Source of the DNA: an uncultured Clostridia bacterium
Lineage (GTDB): Bacteria; Acidobacteriota; Aminicenantia; UBA2199
Direction: 5' to 3'
Assembly (NCBI GenBank): GCA_964400545.1
Contig: CAYNUG010000002.1
Span: 2,671-66,670, forward strand
Length of the DNA: 64,000 bases
Shown: piece by piece, positions 1 to 9,160 of the stretch
How the letters are laid out: each line of letters starts with the position of its first letter
Position numbering within the stretch: the first letter of the stretch is position 1
Notes under the pieces: generated by a model
Seen by the model: only the letters and a program-made list of their open reading frames with translations
The model's database searches: none
Told to the model about the DNA's origin: nothing
Program-made: the position numbers and the translations under genes

Positions 1-215
1 AAGCCCGCCTGAACTGCACCTGCATAACCCATATTGAATGGCAGATCAAGATGCTTCACATTTAATTCCTCAAGTTTTTCAGCTGTCCTGTCACTGGATT
101 TATCATTTACGGCAATAAGGTCTGCTGAATTAAAATTTTTATGAATGTCAGCTATCACACCGGAGATATTCTTCTCCTCGTTGTACACCGGAATAACTAT
201 TAAGATTCTGTCCAT
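1..215 (-). CDS. Glycosyltransferase family 2, DPM1/ArnC-like polyprenyl-phosphate sugar transferase; N-terminal part only, 3' end truncated by the window edge.
   Basis: Reverse-strand translation from ATG at 213-215 gives MDRILIVIPVYNEEKNISGVIADIHKNFNSADLIAVNDKSSDRTAEKLEELNVKHLDLPFNMGYAGAVQAG. This is the typical GT2 N-terminus (IPvYNEe...DD.S.D.T motif). Confidence 0.7.
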   Translation of the reverse strand, partial: MDRILIVIPVYNEEKNISGVIADIHKNFNSADLIAVNDKSSDRTAEKLEELNVKHLDLPFNMGYAGAVQAG

Positions 216-295
216 TGATTTCCTGTTTTCAAATATAAGAGTTTATATCATCTAAATTTCGGAGTGTCAATTTTAGATGGAGATTGATATTAAGT

Positions 296-1165
296 TCAGA
301 GCCTGATCTTTTCTATCAGATCAATAAAGTTCTGTTCTGTATATCCAAGAGATTCCAGATGGGAGGGGATGGATATTTTGCTGTTCCATTTAAGACCTTT
401 CAAATTTCCTGTATCGATATCAATTCCCGGGATTTTCATTATTTCGATCAATTTTACGATTGGATAAACAAGGTAATAGGGGACAGGAATAAAAAGGGTC
501 CCTCTCTTCATTTTCTTTTTCAATAATATAAGGATCTCCCTGAGAGGAGTTCCATTTTTATACTGCAGATTTAATAATTTTCCTTGATGCCTGATAGTAT
601 CGCCATGAAGAATTTTGTAAACAAGATCATAGATCGTTTCCGGATCTGTAGGGAATACCAGGAATTTTCCGTTGCTGATAAGTGGAATCACAGGAGATGT
701 TTGTATCGATTTGACCAGCCTCCCGAACATTCCTCCGTTTGCAATGACCAGCCCAAGCCTGAAAACAAAATAATTTTTCTTTAAGAACCATGTCTCGAGA
801 TCTTTCTTACTTTTTCCGTAAGGAGAGAGAAATTCCGATTGTGAAGATATTGAGCTTAAGAATATATGATTTTTTATCCCCGCTTTTTCAGCATCCCCGG
901 CCCACTGGATCGTCCCTTTTGTGTTAAGTTCGTTGGATTTGTCATCTTTATCGAATGCACAATGGACGATCAGATCGAATTTTTTATCCGGTATGGAGAG
1001 AGTTTCTCCGAATCGTTTTATGATAACATGATCAAAATTATCTATTTTAGCCATCTCCGGTGAAACACCGGTGATCTCAATATCCTGATCCTTTTTTTTC
1101 AAATATGCGACTATACCATTGCTGATCAGTCCGTTTGCACCTGTTATTAATATTCTTTTTTTCAT
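296..1165 (-). CDS. NAD(P)-dependent epimerase/dehydratase family protein (Rossmann fold).
   Basis: N-terminal ILITGANGLISNGIV glycine-rich dinucleotide-binding motif. 289 aa. Lies between the GT2 and GMC oxidoreductase genes. Confidence 0.55.
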   Translation of the reverse strand: MKKRILITGANGLISNGIVAYLKKKDQDIEITGVSPEMAKIDNFDHVIIKRFGETLSIPDKKFDLIVHCAFDKDDKSNELNTKGTIQWAGDAEKAGIKNHIFLSSISSQSEFLSPYGKSKKDLETWFLKKNYFVFRLGLVIANGGMFGRLVKSIQTSPVIPLISNGKFLVFPTDPETIYDLVYKILHGDTIRHQGKLLNLQYKNGTPLREILILLKKKMKRGTLFIPVPYYLVYPIVKLIEIMKIPGIDIDTGNLKGLKWNSKISIPSHLESLGYTEQNFIDLIEKIRL

Positions 1166-1166
1166 T

Positions 1167-2750
1167 TTATTTTTTTCTTGAAATATTGTCGGCGATCCTC
1201 ATTGCGTTAGACATTATTGTAAATGAGAGGTTTTTAGATGATATATTGGAGAATGGAGCACCGTCTGCAATGTATACTCCAGGTTCTTTGTGAAGTTCTC
1301 CGTTAATTGAGGATTCATATTCGGAGGTCGTAATGGTTTTCATCGGGATCGTTCCCGCATAATGGATGGCATATCCGGGTTTCGATTGTTGTATCAGCAG
1401 TGAGTGGGTCCATGCCCCCATCCGGTAAAGTGCCCTGACGATCTTTTTTACAGGTTCTCTCTCAGTTACATAATCTTTTTGCTCGATCTCGAGTTTATTA
1501 TTATCCGTAAGACGGATTGAGCCGGCCTCATCTTGAGAGGATGGATAATAGAGAAACATAGCAAGAAGAGAAGGAGAGATCATCTTGATCATTTTTAAAT
1601 TGAGTCTGGAGCATACCGGGAATCTTTCAAAAAACACTGATCTTGGTGGTGAGGTCAGTTCAATTATACTTCCCTGAAGAGTTTTATTCATACCGGAAGG
1701 TTTGTATAACAAATTAAGATTTGTCATTCCGAAAGCTGATTGGTCCAGAGGTGCTCCGAAAAATGAAGGCAAGATCAGCGGGATCTGAAGCAAAGGGTTA
1801 TCCAGAATGCTAAGTTTGCTTTTTGTATCTTTTTTTGATCTCAGAACTATTTTTGTGGTGTTGAGTGTCCCGGCAGCAATAACCAGCGTATCAACATTCT
1901 TCCTGAAAGGAGAACCGTTCAGAACATTTTTCCCCTCAATTATTATTTCTCCATTTTTTCTACTCCAGGAATCAATATAAATTCCGGGTAAATATTCAAC
2001 CTTGTTCTCTTTGATAAGTCTGTCAAGTGAATAAGCCGGATTGTATATCCAGGGTATATCGTTTAACCATGTTTCAAAATTAGAGTAATCACATTTTTTC
2101 CGCCCATTGTGATCACGGGTCAGAACTCCGAGGCGTGGATAACCAACGAACACTCCTTTTCTATTGAGTTTTTTTCTTTTTTTCTGATAATTCGCATAAA
2201 GATGTTCTGCTTTTTTAGATAAATGGAATGGCGGGAGAAGAGTTCTGTCATTACCGAAAAATTGAGAGAGGTCATCGTTCTTACCAGAAATCCCGATCTC
2301 TTCAGAAAGATGATCATAATATGGTTCAAGTAATCGTGATCTTAACGGAAGAGTCCCGAGATCTTCATCATTATATCTGTAAAGGCCTGCACCCCATGCT
2401 GCAGCGAGGCCTCCTGAAGCAAAACTTTGAACAGCACTGAAATTGGGAGATCGGATAGGAGAAAGTTTTTCTGCCCCGGAAATAATATAACTGTTCATCG
2501 GTGTGGTTAATTTGGGTGGCAAACTTGTTCCGTTCATAACATTTGACAACCCATCAAGTTCACTTCCTATCATCAGATCGTAAATGTCATTTTCTTTTCT
2601 ATGATCATACTGGTTTCCAACTGCATGATGCTTATTCTCCGGTCTCATTCCGACATCTATTATCGTGGGCACTATCCCGTTTTTAACAAACCCGAGAGCT
2701 GCTGAGACCCCCGAAGCACCCCCTCCGATTATGACTATCCTTTTTTTCAT
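1167..2750 (-). CDS. FAD-dependent oxidoreductase, GMC family-like.
   Basis: N-terminal IVIIGGGASGVSAAL FAD-binding motif. C-terminal region with conserved HxxG-type motif (AIHYAGTIPM). 527 aa. Confidence 0.6.
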   Translation of the reverse strand: MKKRIVIIGGGASGVSAALGFVKNGIVPTIIDVGMRPENKHHAVGNQYDHRKENDIYDLMIGSELDGLSNVMNGTSLPPKLTTPMNSYIISGAEKLSPIRSPNFSAVQSFASGGLAAAWGAGLYRYNDEDLGTLPLRSRLLEPYYDHLSEEIGISGKNDDLSQFFGNDRTLLPPFHLSKKAEHLYANYQKKRKKLNRKGVFVGYPRLGVLTRDHNGRKKCDYSNFETWLNDIPWIYNPAYSLDRLIKENKVEYLPGIYIDSWSRKNGEIIIEGKNVLNGSPFRKNVDTLVIAAGTLNTTKIVLRSKKDTKSKLSILDNPLLQIPLILPSFFGAPLDQSAFGMTNLNLLYKPSGMNKTLQGSIIELTSPPRSVFFERFPVCSRLNLKMIKMISPSLLAMFLYYPSSQDEAGSIRLTDNNKLEIEQKDYVTEREPVKKIVRALYRMGAWTHSLLIQQSKPGYAIHYAGTIPMKTITTSEYESSINGELHKEPGVYIADGAPFSNISSKNLSFTIMSNAMRIADNISRKK

Positions 2751-3145
2751 TTTATTTTGATCTTTAGGGATAAAAATCCCTTAATAAATTTATAAACCGA
2801 ATTAAATGGAATTATTAACAACAATAATAAGGTTCTGCAAAGTCTCCGTTTCTCATTTATGAAAACATCAAAGTTCTCCGGCATACATTCACCCAGATAG
2901 GTCATGACCTGAAATTTTTTTATCAGTAATTGATTGGTTCCCATTATCCTCGATGCATATTCTGCCGCAGCGAGATCAGATATTCTGTCAATTATCATTC
3001 TGTAATTTATAAGGTCGCTTTCTAAGAATGTCGATTCCAATTTTGCTGATGCGTTCTCAAACCTCTGCAGAACTATGTCAGGGATATCCTTCCTGAATAT
3101 TGATCGGTATATATTTATAGCTTCCCCGTTTTTCATTTTTATCAT
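2747..3145 (-). CDS. Hypothetical protein (132 aa); its start overlaps the upstream GMC gene stop by 4 nt.
   Basis: ORF only. Overlap suggests co-transcription. Confidence 0.35.
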   Translation of the reverse strand: MIKMKNGEAINIYRSIFRKDIPDIVLQRFENASAKLESTFLESDLINYRMIIDRISDLAAAEYASRIMGTNQLLIKKFQVMTYLGECMPENFDVFINEKRRLCRTLLLLLIIPFNSVYKFIKGFLSLKIKIK

Positions 3146-3196
3146 TATATAATATTTTCCGTGTGTTTGAAATTCCGGAAGCAGGTTCAGCTCAGA

Positions 3197-4240
3197 TCAA
3201 TAAGAAAATTTTTTTATATACCATCTGACCGTGGATTCAAGTCCACTATTGAAACTCACTGATGGCTCCCATCCGAGCTCTTTTTTTATTTTTTCGCAAT
3301 TAATTGCATATCTCTTGTCGTGTCCCGGCCTGTCTGTAACAAATTTTATCAGTTCGGAATAGCTTTTTTTGCAGAAGGATCCCGGATTTTTACTGACCGG
3401 ATATACTCTGTCCATAATGTCACATATTCCCCTGACAACTTCAATATTCTTCATTTCGGAGTTCCCTCCAATGTTGTAGGTCTCCCCTGATCTCCCGTTA
3501 GATAAGATTTTCCAGATGGCAGAGCAATGATCTTTCACATAAAGCCAGTCCCTAATATTTGCTCCATCACCATAAACGGGGAGTGCTTCTCCTTCTATAG
3601 CCTGATGAATTATCAGCGGGATCAATTTCTCAGGATATTGATACGGGCCGTAATTATTGGAGCAATTGGAGAGCGTGACAGGGAGTTTGTATGTGTTTGC
3701 GTATGCTCGAACAAGATGATCGGAAGATGCTTTTGATGCTGAATAAGGGCTCTTCGGATCGTAAGGGGTTGTTTCAAGAAAGTATCCTTCTGTCCCCAGA
3801 CTGCCGTAAACCTCGTCTGTGGAAATGTGATGAAACAGATTTTTTTTGCCAGGTGTCCAAAATTCTCTTGCGGCTTCAAGAAGCACAAAAGTCCCTACAA
3901 TGTTTGTACGGATAAAATCTTCAGGTCCTGCGATAGATCTGTCAACATGAGATTCAGCTGCGAAATGAACAACAGTGTCTATTTTGAATTTTTTAAAGAT
4001 CTTATTTATATCTTCCCGGATACATATATCCGTTTTGCTGAAAAAATATCTCTCTCCTCCATATTTTTTTTCTATATCATTCAGATTGCTTTTATCTCCT
4101 GCATATGTGAGTTTGTCCGCATTTACAATTTTTCCCCGGAATCCCGTTTCTTCAAACATATAGCGGATGAAATTGCTTCCTATGAACCCGGCCCCACCTG
4201 TAACGAGAATATTGTTTAAGGCTCTTTTTTCAGTGGGCAT
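3197..4240 (-). CDS. rfbB: dTDP-glucose 4,6-dehydratase.
   Basis: ILVTGGAGFIGSNF Rossmann motif. Catalytic region STDEVYG and YSASKASSDHLVRAY (YxxxK) are typical RfbB. 347 aa. Confidence 0.9.
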   Translation of the reverse strand: MPTEKRALNNILVTGGAGFIGSNFIRYMFEETGFRGKIVNADKLTYAGDKSNLNDIEKKYGGERYFFSKTDICIREDINKIFKKFKIDTVVHFAAESHVDRSIAGPEDFIRTNIVGTFVLLEAAREFWTPGKKNLFHHISTDEVYGSLGTEGYFLETTPYDPKSPYSASKASSDHLVRAYANTYKLPVTLSNCSNNYGPYQYPEKLIPLIIHQAIEGEALPVYGDGANIRDWLYVKDHCSAIWKILSNGRSGETYNIGGNSEMKNIEVVRGICDIMDRVYPVSKNPGSFCKKSYSELIKFVTDRPGHDKRYAINCEKIKKELGWEPSVSFNSGLESTVRWYIKKFSY

Positions 4241-5110
4241 TTATTCCTCTTCAAGAATACTTATAAGATATTTCCCGTAATCACTGGGTGACAATCTGTC
4301 TGCCAGATATTTGAGTTCAGGTCTGCTTATATAGTTTCTTCTGAATGCAATTTCTTCAGGGCAGGATATTTTCAATCCCTGTCTGTCTTCTATTGTCTTA
4401 ACGAACATTGATGCATCGAGAAGGGAGCTGTTCGTTCCAGTATCAAGCCAGGCAAATCCCCGCCCCATCAGTTCCACTTTCATTTCGCCCCTCTTCAGGT
4501 ATTCGTTGTTGATATCTGTTATCTCGATCTCACCCCTTGCTGACGGTTTTATTGTGTGAGCCAGTTCAACCACGCTGTTATCATAAAAATACAATCCAAC
4601 TACTGCATAGTTTGATTTGGGCTCAGATGGTTTTTCCTCGATCGAAATAACTTTTTTATTCTTATCGAATTCTACTACACCGTATCTTTCAGGGTTTTTC
4701 ACATAATAACCGAAAACAATAGCACCTTTCTCTATTCTTCTGCTCTTCTCCAGCATTGAGATCAGATCATGGCCGTAAAAAATATTATCTCCCAGAATAA
4801 GGCATACACTGTCTGAGCCAATGAAATCTTTTCCTACTATGAATGCATCTGCTATTCCACGGGGCTCTGCCTGCTCTTTGTATTCTATTCTCAACCCCAG
4901 TTGTTTCCCGTTTCCCAACAATTTTTTAAACCTCGGGAGTTCTTCAGGTGTCGAAATTATCAGTATTTCTCTGATTCCTGCAAGCATAAGTGTGGAAAGG
5001 GGATAATAGACCATCGGTTTGTCGTAGACCGGTAAAAGTTGTTTTGATACAGGCAATGTCATTGGGTATAGCCTTGTCCCGTGTCCGCCTGCAAGAATTA
5101 TACCTTTCAA
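4241..5110 (-). CDS. rfbA: Glucose-1-phosphate thymidylyltransferase.
   Basis: [18 protein letters not shown]...[17 protein letters not shown] is the canonical RfbA N-terminus. 289 aa. Adjacent to rfbB. Confidence 0.9.
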   Translation of the reverse strand: MKGIILAGGHGTRLYPMTLPVSKQLLPVYDKPMVYYPLSTLMLAGIREILIISTPEELPRFKKLLGNGKQLGLRIEYKEQAEPRGIADAFIVGKDFIGSDSVCLILGDNIFYGHDLISMLEKSRRIEKGAIVFGYYVKNPERYGVVEFDKNKKVISIEEKPSEPKSNYAVVGLYFYDNSVVELAHTIKPSARGEIEITDINNEYLKRGEMKVELMGRGFAWLDTGTNSSLLDASMFVKTIEDRQGLKISCPEEIAFRRNYISRPELKYLADRLSPSDYGKYLISILEEE

Positions 5111-5179
5111 ATATCGCCTCCGTTAATATTCAGATTATCTCAATTAACCGGAAGATAATCAATAGATGCGAATTGCTTT

Positions 5180-6145
5180 TCATTGCTCATCGTACATATC
5201 TTTCATCATTTGAATTTTTTCAATAATGATGTTTCTTAATTCTGGTGGTTCGATCACTTTTACTCCGGGACCGAGCGCCAGGATATCTTTGGTTATCTCT
5301 CTATAATCGGATACCCGGAATGTAATGGTAATGTGACTATCATCCGATCCTTCAACTATTTGGTCGTCCGACCATACTTGTTCCATTGCGATCTTTGCTG
5401 CATCATCCGAAAATCTGAGGACAATCACTTTCTTTTCGCCCTCCAGAAAAATACCGTAATTTTCATAAACTTTTTTCCTCAGATCCTTTTTTCTCAATTT
5501 GCCCGGTATCGGCATCTTGGTAATCTCCGATTCGGTGATCCTTGACAGGACAAAATCTCTTACTTCCTTTTTCTCATCACAAAAGGCAAACATGTGCCAG
5601 TTCCCCATATACAGAAGGAGGTGCATCGGATTTACGATCCTTTCTCCCGGATCTTCTTTGTACGGAGATTTGTAAGTTATTTTAAGTTTCATGCCGGAGT
5701 TCAATGATCTGATTACCGATTCGAAAATAGCAGGAGTGACTTTGTAATATCGGATGTTCTTTATTGAAATCTTTTTTTCAAGAGCAGAAATATCAATTCC
5801 TGTCTCTCTTAAAAATTTTTTTATAAATAGATCGAATCTTTTTTTCCTCTTTTTATGAGGAATTGTTGAGGCAAGCCGTTTTGCAATTATCAGAGTAATG
5901 ATCTCCTCTTCGGATGCCCAGATTCCGGGGAGTTCGAACTTATCATCAGAATAAAAGTATCCGGTTTCGTTATTGGAGTATTCAATAGGAGCATCGAAAA
6001 ACAGCCTCATGAACTCGATCTCTCTTGATGCCTGCCGCTGTGATATCTCGAATTTTTCAGACAGATCGGATAATTTCGGATATTTCCCTGCCTTCAGTCT
6101 GGAATGAAACCACAGATAACGTTCGTAAGCCAGTTTCCCTGCCAT
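5180..6145 (-). CDS. WYL domain-containing transcriptional regulator (HTH-WYL-WCX architecture, YafY/PafBC-like).
   Basis: Start placed at internal Met MAGKLAYERYLWFH (ATG rev at 6143-6145) rather than the track ORF start at 6256. N-terminal HTH (KLSDLSEKFEISQRQASREI). Central WYL-type motif GNWHMFAFCDEKKEVRDFVLSRI. C-terminal WCX-like extension. Confidence 0.7.
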   Translation of the reverse strand: MAGKLAYERYLWFHSRLKAGKYPKLSDLSEKFEISQRQASREIEFMRLFFDAPIEYSNNETGYFYSDDKFELPGIWASEEEIITLIIAKRLASTIPHKKRKKRFDLFIKKFLRETGIDISALEKKISIKNIRYYKVTPAIFESVIRSLNSGMKLKITYKSPYKEDPGERIVNPMHLLLYMGNWHMFAFCDEKKEVRDFVLSRITESEITKMPIPGKLRKKDLRKKVYENYGIFLEGEKKVIVLRFSDDAAKIAMEQVWSDDQIVEGSDDSHITITFRVSDYREITKDILALGPGVKVIEPPELRNIIIEKIQMMKDMYDEQ

Positions 6146-6189
6146 ACAGAATTTATAACAGAAAAAGCAAAAAATTTCACGGCCTACTG

Positions 6190-6303
6190 TTTGAACTCTG
6201 ATTCGCTTGACTTTCTTGATGGGTTTTTTGTAGGGGCAGGCCTTGCGTCTGCCCAACTCACCGATATTTCAAGAGATGGGCGAATCGCCATTCGCCCCTA
6301 CAA
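6190..6303. repeat. Mosaic intergenic repeat, copy A. Module M1 (degenerate, ttgaactctgattcgcttgac) plus module M3 (ttttttgtaggggca) with nested hairpins: gggcag-N9-ctgccc, gggcgaat-cgcc-attcgccc, and outer tgtaggggc/gcccctaca.
   Basis: Seen directly. Shares the ctgattcgc and ttttttgtaggggca cores with the copies at 13049 and 17653. Lies in the divergent region between the WYL regulator and the first island gene. Confidence 0.7.
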
Positions 6304-6593
6304 TTCCATTTTCTGTTTGTTTATAATCTATATATTTCTCAGCATAAGGGTAGACGCGAGGCCTACCCCTACGTTAAATGATGGTTCTGACAAAAGGCTG
6401 GATATCTCCTGTGAAATTCCAGGAAGATAAATTGATTTAGAATTTAGAATTAAAAGTCATGGAAATTATAGTTTAAATAAATATTTGAATTGACGTGTCC
6501 GTATTAAAATATAGATCAAATGAAATTGTATAAAAAGTATTTCTTGGTTAGCATAATTATTAGCGATATCTTTTTTACTCAAATGGAGAAAAA

Positions 6594-8108
6594 ATGAAAA
6601 AGTATATATTGCTTTTCTTTCTTATAATGACATTTTTAATAATTACCGGATGTTCGGGGATTAATCAGAATAAGATTAGAACTGACAAGGAGATCATTGA
6701 AGAGGCACGTTTTCTGGAGATGGTTAAAAAAGGAAATAAAGAGTTTGAGAAAATGCACTGGGTGGGATGGACGAATGCGATCAGGATCTACAAGTCAGCT
6801 TTAAAGTTAATGGATTCCTTCGAAATTAGAAAGAAACTCTTTTTCTCTCTGCTGCTTCGTGCCGGGAGATCAAGTTTTCTTGCCCTTTCGGGGGTTGAGG
6901 ACATAAAAGCTGCTGAGAGTTTATTGCCGGAATTAGTAAAGAAAGAAAAGAATCTGCAACTGTATTATCAATTCGTAAAAGGAACAATATGTTCTACCAA
7001 ATCTTTTTCTCTCAAAAGAAGAGATTTGATTACTCTAAAACCTGACCTCAAAAAAGATTATGAGTATTTTTTATATATAACATTTCTCGGTAGATATTGT
7101 GACCTTAAGGAATACAGGGAAAATAGCGACAATATGATTAAAATTTTTCCCGAGTCCAATTTTAAATATTTTCTTCGTGATATTTTTATTGAAATAGATG
7201 TGGGTTTAAGAAAATATCCTGATTTTATTGAATTATTGTTGAGAAAGGGTGAGAGGTTTTTTAATACGGGAAAATTGAGAAAAGCCGAGGAATATTATTT
7301 GAAAGTTCTTGGATTCAATAAAAATGTTCCGTATGCTTTAACAGGATTGGGAGGGGTATATCTTAGTTACGAGCTGTATTCAAAAGCTCTTGATTTCTAT
7401 AATAGATCGGGAAAGAAAATTTCGCATTACTATAAAAATCTGTTCGGTAAAGCGGTCTGTTTATCTCAAATGGGAGAATATTTACGTTCGATTGAGGCTC
7501 TTGACATTATGCTGGAAAACAAACTCCCGTATCTTGGGGAGGCATATTATTACAGGGCATTTAATAATTTCTTATTGAAGGAATATGCAAAGGTAGAGCC
7601 TGATCTGAAAGCTTCCGAAGAATATATCGGGGATTCATTGGAATTAAACACTTTGTTCGGGATGTTTTATTATCAAACCGGAAGAGAAAAAGAATCGGTT
7701 AAATACTTCAAAAAAGCCATTCAAATTAATCCGGAATATCCGCGTCCTTATTATTATCTCGGATTTTTAGACGCAAACAAGAATAATATCAATGGATCAA
7801 TTATGCACTTCTCCCTCGCAGGGAAATTTTATCTGAAAATGATAAAAGGCAAAATCAAAAATATTAAGAATTTGAAGGATAGAGATTTGTCATCCGTTAG
7901 AAAAAAAGAAATTCGGGAAAAGAGGATTAAAAGGGTCAAGCAGAAGATCAAAGAAATAATCCGAAAATTAAACAAGGTAATATTGATGTTTAAAAAACTT
8001 CACCGAGAGAAGATCGAATTTTTATTTCATGTGATTGAGGAATTAAAAGTGTTAATGAAACCTGATTTTCTTGATGGCCATGATGTTATAGATATATTAC
8101 GGAGATGA
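6594..8108 (+). CDS. TPR-repeat lipoprotein with a basic coiled-coil C-terminal region.
   Basis: Signal peptide plus lipobox (LIITGCSG). Multiple TPR-like repeats (YYYRAFNNF, AIQINPEYPRPYYYLGF). Lys/Arg-rich C-terminal segment. Confidence 0.6.
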   Translation: MKKYILLFFLIMTFLIITGCSGINQNKIRTDKEIIEEARFLEMVKKGNKEFEKMHWVGWTNAIRIYKSALKLMDSFEIRKKLFFSLLLRAGRSSFLALSGVEDIKAAESLLPELVKKEKNLQLYYQFVKGTICSTKSFSLKRRDLITLKPDLKKDYEYFLYITFLGRYCDLKEYRENSDNMIKIFPESNFKYFLRDIFIEIDVGLRKYPDFIELLLRKGERFFNTGKLRKAEEYYLKVLGFNKNVPYALTGLGGVYLSYELYSKALDFYNRSGKKISHYYKNLFGKAVCLSQMGEYLRSIEALDIMLENKLPYLGEAYYYRAFNNFLLKEYAKVEPDLKASEEYIGDSLELNTLFGMFYYQTGREKESVKYFKKAIQINPEYPRPYYYLGFLDANKNNINGSIMHFSLAGKFYLKMIKGKIKNIKNLKDRDLSSVRKKEIREKRIKRVKQKIKEIIRKLNKVILMFKKLHREKIEFLFHVIEELKVLMKPDFLDGHDVIDILRR

Positions 8109-8165
8109 GCTCTGTGAACAATCATGGTAATCCTTTAATCGTGTAAATCATGGTTTAGACAATTA
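8058..8165. repeat. Mosaic intergenic repeat copy (modules M1+M2). It overlaps the last ~50 nt of the upstream CDS and continues into the intergenic region.
   Basis: About 75-80 percent identical over ~105 bp to copy B at 10726-10836 (cctgatt..cttgatggccatgatg..tatagat....aatcatggtaatc..gtaaatcatggtttagacaa). Confidence 0.7.
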
Positions 8166-8305
8166 AATGAACCATTTTTGAAAAAAGTTGTGACAATTTA
8201 GGGACAATATTCAAGGTACAGGACTAGAATCCATGGAAATTTACTTGCTAATAGTTATATGTTTAACAAAAGTGTGAACAACTCATTTGAGAGATGGGAG
8301 CGAGC

Positions 8306-9148
8306 ATGAAATATTTGTCAATTTTTTTATATATTTTGTTATTTGTTGTTTTAAGCGGAGAGGTTGATTATGAAAAAAAAAGTGAGGATCAATTAAACAA
8401 ATACCTCGCTGGATCTGCTGAATACTGCAAAAAGCTTAAGGGTGAAGCCTTTCATTTTTATTGCAAGGAAAAAATCTTGTTCGAAAGGGATGAGTTTGTT
8501 CTTGGATCAACTCGCAGGGGTAATCTTAAAAGGAGAAGATCAAGTACAAAATCATATTTTGACTATCAACTAATTCAGGAGGGCGGAAAGCTTAAAGAGA
8601 GGCGAAGGCGGATCTCAGATAAAGTAGCTGATGTAGAGATGGATCCATCTGAACTATTGCTGTCATTTTTAAGTGAAAAAGCAGTTTTCGGACCAAATTC
8701 TATTCTTGATCAGGCAAGGCAGAGTAATTTTAATTATAAAATATTTAAGAATAAAAAGACAAAAGAAAATGATATCGTTATTATTAAAGCGATTCCAAAA
8801 ATACCGGGGAGAACATTTTTTTTAGCAGCAGAGGTTTATATTGATAAGAAAAATTTCTCAGTAAGAAAGATCGTTGCTACTCCTGTATTCATCAAAGGAT
8901 ATGAGAATATGAAAAGGACTGCATCATATTTTAAGACCAGACTATTTCTTGATTGTGAGATCCTATTTGATCAGTCATACAAAGGTTTATTCTTCCCGAC
9001 ACTCATTACAATTACCGAGAAATATAAAGGAGGTCCTGTTGTAAATCGTAATACAAGATCTAAGGAGTGGGTAAAGAGTAAAACCACATTTAAGTACTAT
9101 GAATACAGATTCTTCGATGTGGATACTGAAGTTAAAGTTCAGGACTAA
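8306..9148 (+). CDS. Hypothetical secreted protein.
   Basis: Start taken at second Met (MKYLSIFLYILLFVVLSGE is a signal peptide) with GGAG 5 nt upstream. No recognisable domain. Confidence 0.45.
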   Translation: MKYLSIFLYILLFVVLSGEVDYEKKSEDQLNKYLAGSAEYCKKLKGEAFHFYCKEKILFERDEFVLGSTRRGNLKRRRSSTKSYFDYQLIQEGGKLKERRRRISDKVADVEMDPSELLLSFLSEKAVFGPNSILDQARQSNFNYKIFKNKKTKENDIVIIKAIPKIPGRTFFLAAEVYIDKKNFSVRKIVATPVFIKGYENMKRTASYFKTRLFLDCEILFDQSYKGLFFPTLITITEKYKGGPVVNRNTRSKEWVKSKTTFKYYEYRFFDVDTEVKVQD

Positions 9149-9160
9149 AAAGGAGTTGGG

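Noticed and set aside
3527-4219. Several 60-130-aa antisense ORFs inside rfbB, and similar ones inside hyuA, xdhD-like, EF-G and TonB receptor genes.
   Set aside because: They lie entirely within well-supported longer genes on the opposite strand. They have low-complexity translations and no start context. They are treated as spurious.
5180-6256. Track ORF start at 6256 for the WYL regulator (N-terminal extension MGRRKACPYKK...).
   Set aside because: The extension is low-complexity and reads through repeat copy A. The internal Met at 6145 gives a normal HTH N-terminus, so the shorter gene is preferred.
6104-6430. 108-aa ORF on the plus strand spanning repeat copy A. Similar short ORFs at 12964-13179 and 17756-17983 span copies C and D.
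   Set aside because: The apparent peptide similarity (LNPDSPDGHD-like) comes from the DNA repeat itself. Frames are interrupted by stops in copies C and D. The ORFs overlap the WYL gene start or run antisense. They are treated as non-coding repeat sequence.
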